Assembly: GCA_938075155.1 (NCBI GenBank)
Contig: CALJGL010000038.1
Location: 36,767-100,766 of the forward strand
Reading direction: 5' to 3'
From: an uncultured bacterium
GTDB taxonomy: Bacteria > Planctomycetota > UBA8108 > UBA1146
DNA length: 64,000 bases
Positions 45,254 through 57,800 of the stretch are shown here, piece by piece. A model generated the notes under the pieces. It did no database searches and was not told the origin of the DNA. It saw only the letters and a list, made by a program, of their open reading frames with translations. How positions within the stretch are numbered: the first letter of the stretch is position 1; each line of letters begins with the position of its first letter. The translations under genes and the position numbers were made by a program.

Positions 45254-46303
45254 ATGCGAATGCTGGTGGTTTCTGGACGACTAGATTGGTCGGTACCCAC
45301 AACCTATGCCCTTGGCATGGTAAAGGGTCTGCTGAAGCGTGGATACAAGGTCCAGATGGTCTGTCGGGGAGGAGTTTTTCTGCCCTTGTTCAGGTCATTG
45401 GGGATTGAGGTTTATGAGGATCCTGTCTCATGGCTCGCCCGGCGTCGAATGTGTAGTTATCTCACAGATTTCGACCCCCAATTTATCCATGCCACGGGGG
45501 GAGCGGGATCCTTACGAATCGGTCACCGATTGTCTACGGTCCTCGATCGTCCATTGATTCATACTGTTCATTCATGGCTGAAGTCGGAGAGGTCTGCTCG
45601 ATCTACCCGATCTGCTGCAGCGGTGGTCGTCGTGAACGAGGACCTTCGCGAGCATCTGGTCAATGAGTTGCGTATTCCTAAAGATAAGATCAGGGTTATT
45701 CCATATGGAATCGAACAAGAAGTCATCGACCGGGATCGTAATGATTTCTCAGGGATTCCGGTGATCGGAACTGTGGGTCGGTTGGAGAAGGGGCGGCGAT
45801 TGGATGATTTCATTCACGCTGCTAGCCTGATGAGGAAAGCTCCCGGAGAGAAAATGTTTACCATTTTGGGAGAAGGCCCCGACGAGAATCGTCTCCGAGC
45901 GGTGAGTAAGTCCTTGGATTTAGATGGTTCACTGACTTTTGCTGCACCGCCTGCAGATTTGGCTTCGGTATATCGTGCTGTTGATATGCTGATGCTGGTG
46001 AGCGACTGGGGAGGATCAGGTCTTCATCTTCTGGAAGGGCTGGCCAGGGGGGTTCCGACGATTGCGACAGGAGGGGGAGAAATTCTTTCCCTTCTGGGTG
46101 AGGATGGCATTTGTACTCTCGTGAAGCCGGGGGATCCTGAGGCTCTAGCAGAAGCGGGGCAAGGACTGCTTTCTGACTCGGAGAGAGCTCGTCAGCAGGT
46201 TCAAAAAGGGATCGATCATGTCAGGGACCATTTCCCAATGAGAACCATGTTAGACAATCTGGAAGCTCTTCATGAAAACATTTGTAATCAGGTGCTCTCC
46301 TGA
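45254..46303 (+). CDS. Glycosyltransferase family 4
   Basis: IHTVHS, IRVIPYGI, IGTVGRLEKGR, ILGEGP, LEGLARGVPTIA, LVKPGDPEALA. Confidence 0.88.
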   Translation: MRMLVVSGRLDWSVPTTYALGMVKGLLKRGYKVQMVCRGGVFLPLFRSLGIEVYEDPVSWLARRRMCSYLTDFDPQFIHATGGAGSLRIGHRLSTVLDRPLIHTVHSWLKSERSARSTRSAAAVVVVNEDLREHLVNELRIPKDKIRVIPYGIEQEVIDRDRNDFSGIPVIGTVGRLEKGRRLDDFIHAASLMRKAPGEKMFTILGEGPDENRLRAVSKSLDLDGSLTFAAPPADLASVYRAVDMLMLVSDWGGSGLHLLEGLARGVPTIATGGGEILSLLGEDGICTLVKPGDPEALAEAGQGLLSDSERARQQVQKGIDHVRDHFPMRTMLDNLEALHENICNQVLS

Positions 46304-46398
46304 GAATTTGGCAAATCTTGTTGAGACTCTGTCAGTTCATTAAATGTCACGGTTTTCGTAGGCTGGACAATCGGCTTCTCTAGCTTTAACTTATTGGG

Positions 46399-47169
46399 AT
46401 GCCGCGCGTAATCATCATTCCTGCACGATTAGCCTCCCGGAGACTCCCCGGGAAGATGCTTCTCGACCGAACGGGCTGGACTCTCATCCAGCATGTGCAT
46501 GACCGTTGCCTTCAGGTGCCGGGCGTGTCGAGAGTGGTTGTGGCGACAGATGGCGCTGAAATTGGCGCAGCGGTGAAATCATTCGGGGGAGAGGTGATTG
46601 AAACTTCTCCGGAATTGCCGAGTGGAACCGACAGGGTCGCTGCTGCATGCGAGCGATTAGGGCTATCGGATGATCACTATATTGTGAATGTGCAGGGTGA
46701 CGAACCCGAACTGGATCCTAAGCATGTCTCTCAACTATTCGAATTGCTTGAGAATCATCCCGATTGTGCCGCTGCGACATTGGCGACAAGACATGTTCAT
46801 GTTGATTCTGAGGGTTCTTTCAGAGACAGGAACAGGGTCAAAGTGATTCTCGACGAGCGAGGGCGAGCACTTTTGTTTACCAGAGAACCCGTCCCCTCGA
46901 GTCCTGTGGGGCAGATCCCTGCCGCCGGATGGCTCCAACATCTGGGAATTTACGGATTCAGACCCGATTCTCTCCGTCAATTTACGCGATTACCGGTAGG
47001 GGGTCTCGAATCTCAAGAACGCCTAGAACAGCTCAGATTGCTCGAATCCGGGCTGGAAATCAGGGTTGGGGAGGTTTCGGGAGCCATGCCGGGCATCGAT
47101 ACTGAAGAAGATTATGAACGATTCGTGGAGAAGACACTCCAGATGCGGGAAGATGCACGGAGTAAATAA
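46399..47169 (+). CDS. kdsB: 3-deoxy-manno-octulosonate cytidylyltransferase
   Basis: IIPARLASRRLPGKML, VVVATD, SGTDRV, VNVQGDEP, QHLGIYGF, LESQERLEQLRLLE, GIDTEED. Confidence 0.96.
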   Translation: MPRVIIIPARLASRRLPGKMLLDRTGWTLIQHVHDRCLQVPGVSRVVVATDGAEIGAAVKSFGGEVIETSPELPSGTDRVAAACERLGLSDDHYIVNVQGDEPELDPKHVSQLFELLENHPDCAAATLATRHVHVDSEGSFRDRNRVKVILDERGRALLFTREPVPSSPVGQIPAAGWLQHLGIYGFRPDSLRQFTRLPVGGLESQERLEQLRLLESGLEIRVGEVSGAMPGIDTEEDYERFVEKTLQMREDARSK

Positions 47170-47185
47170 ATTGTTGAAGCGGAAG

Positions 47186-49311
<2,126 letters not shown>

Positions 49312-49324
49312 TGTGGACTAACTC

Positions 49325-50998
49325 ATGACCTCGCCTCGACGGGTTCTGATCACCGCTGCGCTACCCTACGCAAATAATCATCCGCACCTGGGCCATGTCG
49401 CAGGTGTCTATCTCCCTGCTGATACCTACAACAGATACTTACGTCTCAAAGGAGTCGAGACAGTATTCATCTGTGGTAGCGATGATCATGGAGTTCCTGT
49501 AACGATTTCTGCTCAGAAAGAAAATTGCACACCGACTGAAGTGGTTGCACGTTACCGAGGAATTCAAGAAAAGGTGTTTTCCTCACTCGGAGTTGAATTC
49601 GATCACTACAGTGGAACATCCACTTGTGAGGGTCATGCAGAGTTATCGCAGGAGTTCTTCTCCAAAATTCTTGAAGCTGGAGACATCGAAGAAAATGTCA
49701 CCGATCAGTTTTACTGTGAGTCATGCGATATGTTTCTCCCCGATCGATATGTCGAAGGAACTTGCCCACACTGTGAAGCAGAGGGCGCACGGGGTGACCA
49801 ATGTGATGGTTGTGGGCAATCCTATGAGCAATCCGAATTAGATAAGCCACATTGTGCGATTTGTGAATCGACGCCGAGGATCGTTCCTACTAAGCACTGG
49901 TTCTTTCGGTTAGATCGATATGAAGATCGGCTTGAGGAGTGGTTAGAGGGATGCGAAGGCTGGCGTGACAACGTTCGGAACTTCGCACGGGGAATAGTCC
50001 GAGAGGGTCTACCTGCTAGATCCATCACCCGTGACCTTGAATGGGGAGTTCCCGTCCCACTCGAAGAGGCTAAAGACAAGGTTCTCTACGTCTGGTTCGA
50101 TGCTCCCATTGGATACATATCATTTACCAAAGAACATTTCAAAGGGACGGATAACCCGGAGGAATGGCGTGAGTGGTGGAGTGATAAAGATGTTGAGTTG
50201 GTTCATTTCCTGGGCAAGGACAATATCATTTTCCATGCCGTGATTTGGCCTGCAATGTTGATGGGGCAAGGTGAATTTAATTTACCGACTTCTATTCCTG
50301 CAAATGAGTATCTCAACTTCATGGGCCAAAAGTTCTCCAAGTCCCGTGGAGTAGGTGTTACTGCGGAAGAGATCCTTGAGTCATTCGATGCTGACAGAGT
50401 GCGGTATTATCTGACAACGGTCGCACCTGAAGGCCGTGATACTTCATTCACGTGGGAAGATTTTATTCAAAGAAACAATGACGAGCTTTCTGACGTGGTG
50501 GGCAATTTCGCGCATAGGATGTTGACGTTCACTGCCAAAAATTTTGAATCGAAAGTCCCAGAAGGAGCCGAGAACTCTGAGTTTCAAAATGAAGTTCTTC
50601 AGGTAATTCGAGAAGCCAAAGAAGGCTGGGACGACGCTCTCGATCGCCAAAAATTCCGAGAAGGACTTGAGAAGGTTCTGAAGATGACGCGTCAGGGAAA
50701 TCGACTTTTTGATCAGGCTGAACCCTGGAAAAGCAGGAAATCAGATTTGTCACGCTGTGGTGCCGATCTCGCGGTGCTTTTGGAGCTGGTCTATGCTTTG
50801 GCTGTTCTCTTGAAGCCTTATTTGCCAACCTCCAGCGAGAAACTATTAAGTACTTTCGTTTCTTGCGCACCCTCAGCGTCAGATGCTCTTGAGTTATTGG
50901 GGACTGAGAATATTCTCCGTACGGGCTGCGATCTCCATCCTCCCGGTATCATATTCCCACGTCTTGAACTTCCGGAAGACGGCTCTGATCAGGCTTGA
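49325..50998 (+). CDS. metG: Methionine--tRNA ligase (short form, no C-terminal tRNA-binding domain)
   Basis: ITAALPYANNHPHLGH (HIGH), CGSDDHG, zinc knuckles CESC/CPHC/CDGC/CAIC, LYVWFDAPIGY, FLGKDNI.FH, KFSKS. Confidence 0.98.
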   Translation: MTSPRRVLITAALPYANNHPHLGHVAGVYLPADTYNRYLRLKGVETVFICGSDDHGVPVTISAQKENCTPTEVVARYRGIQEKVFSSLGVEFDHYSGTSTCEGHAELSQEFFSKILEAGDIEENVTDQFYCESCDMFLPDRYVEGTCPHCEAEGARGDQCDGCGQSYEQSELDKPHCAICESTPRIVPTKHWFFRLDRYEDRLEEWLEGCEGWRDNVRNFARGIVREGLPARSITRDLEWGVPVPLEEAKDKVLYVWFDAPIGYISFTKEHFKGTDNPEEWREWWSDKDVELVHFLGKDNIIFHAVIWPAMLMGQGEFNLPTSIPANEYLNFMGQKFSKSRGVGVTAEEILESFDADRVRYYLTTVAPEGRDTSFTWEDFIQRNNDELSDVVGNFAHRMLTFTAKNFESKVPEGAENSEFQNEVLQVIREAKEGWDDALDRQKFREGLEKVLKMTRQGNRLFDQAEPWKSRKSDLSRCGADLAVLLELVYALAVLLKPYLPTSSEKLLSTFVSCAPSASDALELLGTENILRTGCDLHPPGIIFPRLELPEDGSDQA

Positions 50999-52629
50999 GG
51001 TTTGGCTCTGAGGATCCAAGCCTCGAATAGTTGAGAACCTGAGTTTGGCTTTGCTAATGATTCAGAAAATAATTGGCAGACCTCTGATCGTGATATTCGA
51101 CCTTCCATCAGGCCGTTATAAATTCCGTCGCCCAACAGATATCCGATGAGATGGGCTGAACCAGATATGATTTCGGCATTAGTTTCTGATGGGAGAAAGT
51201 CCATCGCTGAAGGAACTTTCTCAGACGAGAGTAGTTTGAGGAAGCGTCGAGTCGCAAGAAGTGACTCTCGGGTTTCATCATGAAATGGGTGAGAATATCC
51301 TTCTTCAAGATCCTCTAGGATTCGATCGATTTCTTTTAGTCCTAAAGGCCTTCTGTTGTGGTCGACGATTTTTGTTCCCAAATATCCAAGGCATTCTCGA
51401 ATCGTTGTTTCGTAGAAGTTTTCAATAGGGCTCTTGGGGCTAGAAGTGTCTTTGCACAGAACGAAGTTGATGTGGTGACTGGCTTCTTCTGCAGCATGTC
51501 GCATGGAGAGGTTGCCTAAGAAGATGATTCTTGGTCTTGGAAGGTAGCATGATTCTTCTCGTTCGTATTGTTCCTGAATACGATTGATCTCGGCTTCGGT
51601 TAATTTTCGAGTTCCTGTCAAGTCATCGAGGAGACCTAGGTTTCTGCTGGTATACACGCTGAAGTCTTGGAAACCCTCAGGTGCTATTTCAAGGAATTCA
51701 CAAAGCGTTTCAATGATCAGCCAGATTTGGTCATTCATTACCGATGATGAGATAGTCGGAGGTTGTTCGAGTCCTAAAGATTCTTCAAGTTCGAGTTCAT
51801 TTGAATACCAGTTCAGTGCCGATTGAACTTTGACCAGTGGAGTCGTTCCTAGGAAACAAAAGTTTCCGTCCTCCAGTCGAACAAGAGATACAGTCTGTTC
51901 TAGTTCTTGTTGCGCGAGTTCCCAATAAATCTCATCGACATTCTGAAAAAGAATAGTCTGTTGGACTGCTTGATGTCCAAGAGATGCTAAGACGTTGCTG
52001 ACCTCAGATGGAAGATGGTCTGGAGCCATGTGCAGGTCGCCAAATGAAACTATGAGGATAGCATTGGGATGTTCTTTGAGAATCTCTACAAGGCGCATCG
52101 CAGCAATGCGATCTCTAGCAGCAAAAGAATCTCCAACAATTTTTTCATGAGAGTTGAGTGCGACTATGGGTATTGACCGATCTTTGAAGTACTGCAATTG
52201 CATTCCAAAGTTTCTCCAAGGAAAACCCCATTTGCTCTTCCAGTCGGTTTCTTTGAGTAACGCGTTGTCATCTATTTCATCTTCTAACCAACGCTGAAGA
52301 TGAGGTTGGTCATCGATGTGGAATGCTTCGGTGCAAAAAACGAGTTCTTTGTTTTTAGTCAACAGGCGATTAGCGAGTCGTAGAGGGGTTTTTTGAGATT
52401 CCCTCAGGGTGTGATAATCACCAATGAATATGATTCGGGATTCGAGGGCGGCTTGGACGAGTTCTGTGAACTCAGCGGGTTCAAAAGGTTGGTGAGTGCT
52501 TTTTTGATAGACGGATTCTATATCTTTGATAGAACCGCTATTCCAAGAAATTTCTTGTCTGGAGTTCTCCGCTAGTTCCTTCTGAATGCGTAGTAATCGA
52601 GTTCGTGTTGATTCATTGGAGGAATTCAA
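50989..52629 (-). CDS. ChaN/Tiki-superfamily-like N-terminal domain fused to an unknown C-terminal domain
   Basis: IIFIGDYHT, CTEAFH..DQPHLQRWL, W...WGFPW, ALN, RDRIAA, SFGDLH resemble ChaN-type proteins; no signal peptide seen. Confidence 0.55.
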   Translation of the reverse strand: MNSSNESTRTRLLRIQKELAENSRQEISWNSGSIKDIESVYQKSTHQPFEPAEFTELVQAALESRIIFIGDYHTLRESQKTPLRLANRLLTKNKELVFCTEAFHIDDQPHLQRWLEDEIDDNALLKETDWKSKWGFPWRNFGMQLQYFKDRSIPIVALNSHEKIVGDSFAARDRIAAMRLVEILKEHPNAILIVSFGDLHMAPDHLPSEVSNVLASLGHQAVQQTILFQNVDEIYWELAQQELEQTVSLVRLEDGNFCFLGTTPLVKVQSALNWYSNELELEESLGLEQPPTISSSVMNDQIWLIIETLCEFLEIAPEGFQDFSVYTSRNLGLLDDLTGTRKLTEAEINRIQEQYEREESCYLPRPRIIFLGNLSMRHAAEEASHHINFVLCKDTSSPKSPIENFYETTIRECLGYLGTKIVDHNRRPLGLKEIDRILEDLEEGYSHPFHDETRESLLATRRFLKLLSSEKVPSAMDFLPSETNAEIISGSAHLIGYLLGDGIYNGLMEGRISRSEVCQLFSESLAKPNSGSQLFEAWILRAKPQA

Positions 52630-53252
52630 AGATCTATGCCTTTCCTCGGGATATCTCCAGGCTCATTAAGATTTCTGAATGGAGAACTTTCAACCGCCTC
52701 TGGGAAATCCTGAGGCCATGTGAGTGTTTGGAATGGTGCGCGTCGAACCCAGGCGAGTAGAGCTAAATCTCCATCCTGCGGAGTTGAGAAATCCAATGCA
52801 GTGGTATCCCAGACAGCTGCTAGTGGTTGCGGACGGTCATCGGCCTCGACAATAACGGATGTACCCGGCGTATAAGAGGAACAGATTTTTCTTATCATAG
52901 ATGCGGTCAATTCCGGGAGATCGACTGCGACAATGAATACAGGGGCTTGAACAGTTTCGATGATATTTTCGAGAGCCTCGTGAAGAGAAGAACATTCAGG
53001 TGGATCTTCGATGATAGCATGCCACTTTAAATGTGGGATTTGGTCCAGAGCTGAAGAGGTTTTTACAGAAACGCAGGTCCGATCGAAGAGCGGTGATACC
53101 TTGGAGTGGATTCGCTCGATGAGAAGCTGGCCTTCGTATTCCAGAAAGGCCTTCGGTCCACCCATTCTGCGACCGGCTCCTCCTGCAAGAACCACGCAAT
53201 CTGAAACTTCCTGAATCGGATTGTGATTCACCTCTTCAAATGGTGGATTCAT
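52626..53252 (-). CDS. mobA: Molybdenum cofactor guanylyltransferase-like NTP transferase
   Basis: VVLAGGAGRRMGGPKAFL, FIVAVDLP, QPLAAVW, FRNLNEPGD. Confidence 0.85.
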   Translation of the reverse strand: MNPPFEEVNHNPIQEVSDCVVLAGGAGRRMGGPKAFLEYEGQLLIERIHSKVSPLFDRTCVSVKTSSALDQIPHLKWHAIIEDPPECSSLHEALENIIETVQAPVFIVAVDLPELTASMIRKICSSYTPGTSVIVEADDRPQPLAAVWDTTALDFSTPQDGDLALLAWVRRAPFQTLTWPQDFPEAVESSPFRNLNEPGDIPRKGIDL

Positions 53253-53330
53253 AGGGCTCCTCCCCTGAATCCAGTCTACAGGTTAAGGACGATACATTGG
53301 ATAGAAACTCAACTTAATGAGATCGACGTA

Positions 53331-54089
53331 CTACCTTTTGGACCAACGTTTGATTTGGCGAAGACTTGTGCGGAGATCTTTAGGAAGGGGAGATTCGATC
53401 GTCATCATTTCGCCGGTGGTAGGGTGGGAGATCGTCAACTGAAAGGCGTGTAATCCAAGCCTAGAGAGTAGTGGGCGCTCCTGCTTTCCTCTTCCGGGGC
53501 TGTAAGATCGTTTATAATCTGAAAGAAGAACAGGTTTCCCTGATCCGTACAAAGGGTCACAACTACAAGGAGAACCTGCTTGGCTCATCGTCAGCCTGAC
53601 TTGATGAGTTCTCCCTGTGAGTGGTCGTACTTCGACCCATGAATGCTGATCGTAGGATTCAAGTAATGAGTAGCTGGATTGACATTCCTTGCCCTGCTTT
53701 CGAATTCGCATACTTCCAAGACGGCTCGGGTTTTCCTCGACATGGAAAGTGAGTTCAGCTTCTGCGGGCTCAGGGAATCCTTCGACAAGGGCGAGGTATA
53801 CTTTTGAGGTTGTTCGGTCCATGAACTGTTTTCGAAGTGAAGACTGCGCTTGCCCATTTCGAGCAAATAAAATCACTCCCGTAGTTTCTTTATCAAGTCG
53901 ATGGACGACATGAGGTTTGGGGGCATCTGGGTCTTTTTTCTTCCACTCATCCCAGAGCAGGTCGATAAGACATTTTTTATCTTTATCCCAGCGTTCACTG
54001 ACAGTGCTAAATCCCGCAGGTTTAGACACGGCAACGAAATCGTCATCTGAGAAAAGTGTTTCTATGCGGGGGAGGCGACCTGGTTTCAA
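53331..54089 (-). CDS. RluA family RNA pseudouridine synthase
   Basis: AVSKPAG, VVHRLDKETTGVILFA, KVYLALV, TGRTHQVR, DPLYG, LGLHA. Confidence 0.93.
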   Translation of the reverse strand: MKPGRLPRIETLFSDDDFVAVSKPAGFSTVSERWDKDKKCLIDLLWDEWKKKDPDAPKPHVVHRLDKETTGVILFARNGQAQSSLRKQFMDRTTSKVYLALVEGFPEPAEAELTFHVEENPSRLGSMRIRKQGKECQSSYSLLESYDQHSWVEVRPLTGRTHQVRLTMSQAGSPCSCDPLYGSGKPVLLSDYKRSYSPGRGKQERPLLSRLGLHAFQLTISHPTTGEMMTIESPLPKDLRTSLRQIKRWSKR

Positions 54090-54877
54090 GAAGAGATTTC
54101 TTTCTTTGGTAGTCTTTGGGCTGCAATCTCAAGTTGCTGAATGCCAGCGAGGGCTTCTTCTCGACCTTCGTCTTGCCTATCTAACTGCAGGGAAAATGCG
54201 CTCATGACTTCGAGGAAGCGGTCATAGGAGGAAGCGTCACCACTGCGCCATTTTGCGAACTCGAGCCAGCCTGTCGCAATATTGACAGAAAAACTAGACT
54301 CGGGGCCTGCCAATTCTGGAGTGGCGTTGTCTTTTGCATCTTCCAACGCGGTCTCTAGTGCTCCTTGAAAAGATTCACATGAGTTGTGCCAATTTCCGAG
54401 TCCAGCCTGATGAACACCAAGGGCCCACCAAGCCATACTCAATGCCACTGAACCTTTTTCGAGTTCCTCTCTCCACTTGAGGCAATCGTTGGCGCACCGA
54501 ATACCTTCTTCATGATGTCTGGGTTCTCGGGTTTCGTCATCGTCAACCCAGCAAGGAGCTAAATCCGCTGCGAGGTTATAAGAGAGAATGTTTGCTCCCT
54601 CAAGACGGAGTCGAGATTGTTCCGGATCTTGCTCTGTTTGGGATTGTTGGAAAAACTCATCGATGGCTGCTCGTGAAGTCGTGACGACGTCATCGAGATT
54701 CCGAGTTATGTTCTGTCCCCTTGAAATTCGCTGACTCGACATGAGGAAGAGCGCTCGTCTCTCGATCGATTCCTCTCGATCATGAATGTAGGAGACTAAG
54801 CCTTCGGCTCCTGAAGCAGTAAAGATGTCTTGTAGATCGGGCCAACGATCTTCAAATGGATTTTGTTGTATGTTCAT
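54086..54877 (-). CDS. Hypothetical helical protein
   Basis: 263-aa ORF with 4-nt overlaps to both neighbours; mostly predicted helical, contains SYNLAADLAPCW; no family recognised. Confidence 0.7.
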   Translation of the reverse strand: MNIQQNPFEDRWPDLQDIFTASGAEGLVSYIHDREESIERRALFLMSSQRISRGQNITRNLDDVVTTSRAAIDEFFQQSQTEQDPEQSRLRLEGANILSYNLAADLAPCWVDDDETREPRHHEEGIRCANDCLKWREELEKGSVALSMAWWALGVHQAGLGNWHNSCESFQGALETALEDAKDNATPELAGPESSFSVNIATGWLEFAKWRSGDASSYDRFLEVMSAFSLQLDRQDEGREEALAGIQQLEIAAQRLPKKEISS

Positions 54878-57800
54878 GGCAACTCCTTGAACTCAATTTC
54901 GTCAAACCAAACAGTTCCTTCAAGACCTTGTACGAAACATGCCAGATAAGTTGTCCTACTTTGGCCGGGTGACCATTCAAATTTCACTCGACGCCAGTCG
55001 GAATCTGTCCGCAGTGGTTTAGAACGACCTGTCCAGGACCCTAGTCTTCCAGTGAAGAATCCCAGATGAGCTTCTCCTCTAAAACCTTCTGAGCGCATGA
55101 TCGCACTGATCTCGTATCTCTTTCCAGGAGTTACGACAATTCTCTGAATGATTCCTCCAGCACCAGGTTCACGAACTTGAGCTCTCAGTGCGCAGGTTCC
55201 GGTTCCAATAACTTCTGTTTCTGGGCGAAACTGGATAGATCCAACGGGATCAACTTCTCCGTTGATCCAGCCATCAAGATATTCAGGGGACTCAAAATCA
55301 CCATTGAGTAAGGGAGTGTGATTTTCGACTCGAACCACGTCATCAAGAAGAGGTTCACCTGGGGGGCCTTCGTCGAGAACCCCCATCGGAACTGGAGTAC
55401 CATCAGGAGTCATTAACTCGATTCGAAATCCACGTGTTCCTCGAATTTGGGTGGCTGCGATTTCGATGACGTTTTCACCTTTTAGGAGAGTGACAGGGAA
55501 TGGCTTTTTTTGGTTGAGCATGAGTTCGTCATGCATGGGTTGAAACATTTGAGCGCTCGCATCGACAAAACCAACAGGGCTTCCGTTAACCCTGATTTGT
55601 AGTTTGACATCTGTTGCCACTGCCAAGCGGGCTTCCATATCTTTATTGACAGCGATTCTTCTGAAGAGGATCCATTGCCGGGTTTTCGTTGCAGGTTCCA
55701 GATCTGAGGCGAGGTCTGTAAACGGAGTGGGCCAAACAGTACGTTTCCATGAAGAGTTGGTCTCGTCTGTTTTTCCTTCGACAGGACCCCGAACCCACCA
55801 ACCATTGATAATGGTTCCATCGATTCGATTATAGTTGAGTTTCTTGGGGTGTCTTTTGATGAACTTCACTGACGATCCACCAAGGTCGATACGATCATCG
55901 AATACAGGCCAACCATTCGCTCTGAATATCCATGCCACATTCTGTCCGAGGGCCAGTGAATATAGAGCTGCAATTCGTTCTATACTGGAGAGGCCATGCA
56001 GTAACAGTGTTACTTCTGAGGCTCTTCTCTCCGTGAACATTTTGTGATGAACTCCAAGGCCATGGAGGAATCGCATGGCGGCAAAGACGGAAGCATTGGG
56101 CTGCCAAGGCTGCATTCGGTCACTAGAGCGGTTGAGTAACCAATCCATGGTGTGCTGGAAAGCAGACATATTCAGGAGGCGATAGCCGAGTTCTCCATAA
56201 ATACCTTCGTCCACTCCGCTATCGGCGAGCAGCATATAAGGATCATGACCAAAACCGATGTTATGTCCGAGTTCATGAGTGTATGGACCCGGCAAGATGT
56301 CTCCGATACCTGTGTATTCATGAAGAACTGCAGCATCGAGAACGATAACTCCACCTCCACCGAGTCCTCCAACGCCGGGAGGCATAAAGATGTCGAAATC
56401 CATAAACAGTCTTTGTACTCCGTCAGCACATCCGAGATGAACTCTACAACCCTCAAGGCTTCTTGAGACTTCAGGCATCATGTCTGTCATGCGCTGTCGG
56501 AAAACACTAGGACCAGAGGCACTGGATCCAGCGTCATTGACGGTGATGGGAGGTTCTGCAATGGCGATTCCCTGAATAGCCGAATCTCCGTAAGGCACAT
56601 CGACCTGAATCCTTATTTTTGAGAGATCGACCCGGTCAAGGGTTCTGGGTTCCTGCCAGCGCATCGATCCCAGTTCGCGTTCGATGAGCACTGTGCCTCT
56701 GCTATCCACTGCCGCCAGTGAACCCACTCCACTGGGGACTGAATCCAGTACTCTTCCATTCGCATCGCTCAGGGAAAGTCTCATTTGAAGAGTGCCGTCT
56801 TTGCGTTCGTAATGAAGGATTGATTTCCATGGACCTCGTGGTTCAAGGTCAATTTTTCCAGCATTCGCTACAGAAACCCTATAGGGAAGAAACCTTGCAC
56901 TTTTTCCGCCGGGTAACTGACTTCTCACTTCTAGACGATAGGTTCCAGGAAACACCCATGCTCTTCTGGCGTCCTTTGTCTCGAGTGAGAAACGTTCTCG
57001 GAAACCATCGATCGATACGATTTCGATTCGTCCATCACTCGCTCCGCCGAATGCGCTGGCAGAGGAATACTCGAGGCGACCCATCACCGATTTGCTGAAC
57101 CTGACCGGGACAACTTGGCGGTCGCCCGCTGTTCTTTGACGAAGGAGTACGGGTTCTCCATCCGAGGTTCTTCCTAGGACGCACAGTTCTACAGCTATGC
57201 CTGAAAGCAATAGCCTGAATCGCCCAGAAGGGACCTCTTTCTGAGTTTCGAGTCGTGCTCTGGAGCCTACTTCCCTGGCGACTCTTTCAGTTGTGAAGGC
57301 CTGGGCAACACTTTCAGGCGTGATCCAGACCTTCTCGACAGAGAGGGGTTTGTCACTCTCGTCCATGACCGAAATCTCGGTATCTTTTTGGGGCGCGAGG
57401 ATTAAGGAATCTGCATCTTCAGCAAGAGTGCTCTGTAGTAGGAATACTCTGGGTAATCTGAAGACTGCTGTCGTCGCATCTGGATCGATTTCATCTTCAA
57501 TCTCTCCGTGTGCAACGACAGTCCATGCACCCGGAACGACCATTGAGCTCCAGAAGCCATTCGCATTGGTTTTTCCTTCAACGACGGCTAGGCTTTCCTT
57601 GTTCAGTAGTATCAGTTGGGCACCTGCGACTGGATTCCGTCCTTCATCGAGCACTTGAACTTCGATAGGACGCAATTTGAATTGTTCCCGTATCCATTCT
57701 TCACGCTCTCGCTCTTTTGCAACGGCAAGAGCTTCTCGAAGGTTTTCTGTACGATGGCCAGAAGCAATTACTCTCTCAATAGATTGTAAAATCTCACCTT

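Noticed and set aside
53253-53330. Moco RNA motif upstream of mobA
   Set aside because: Spacer is too short and lacks the multi-stem motif.
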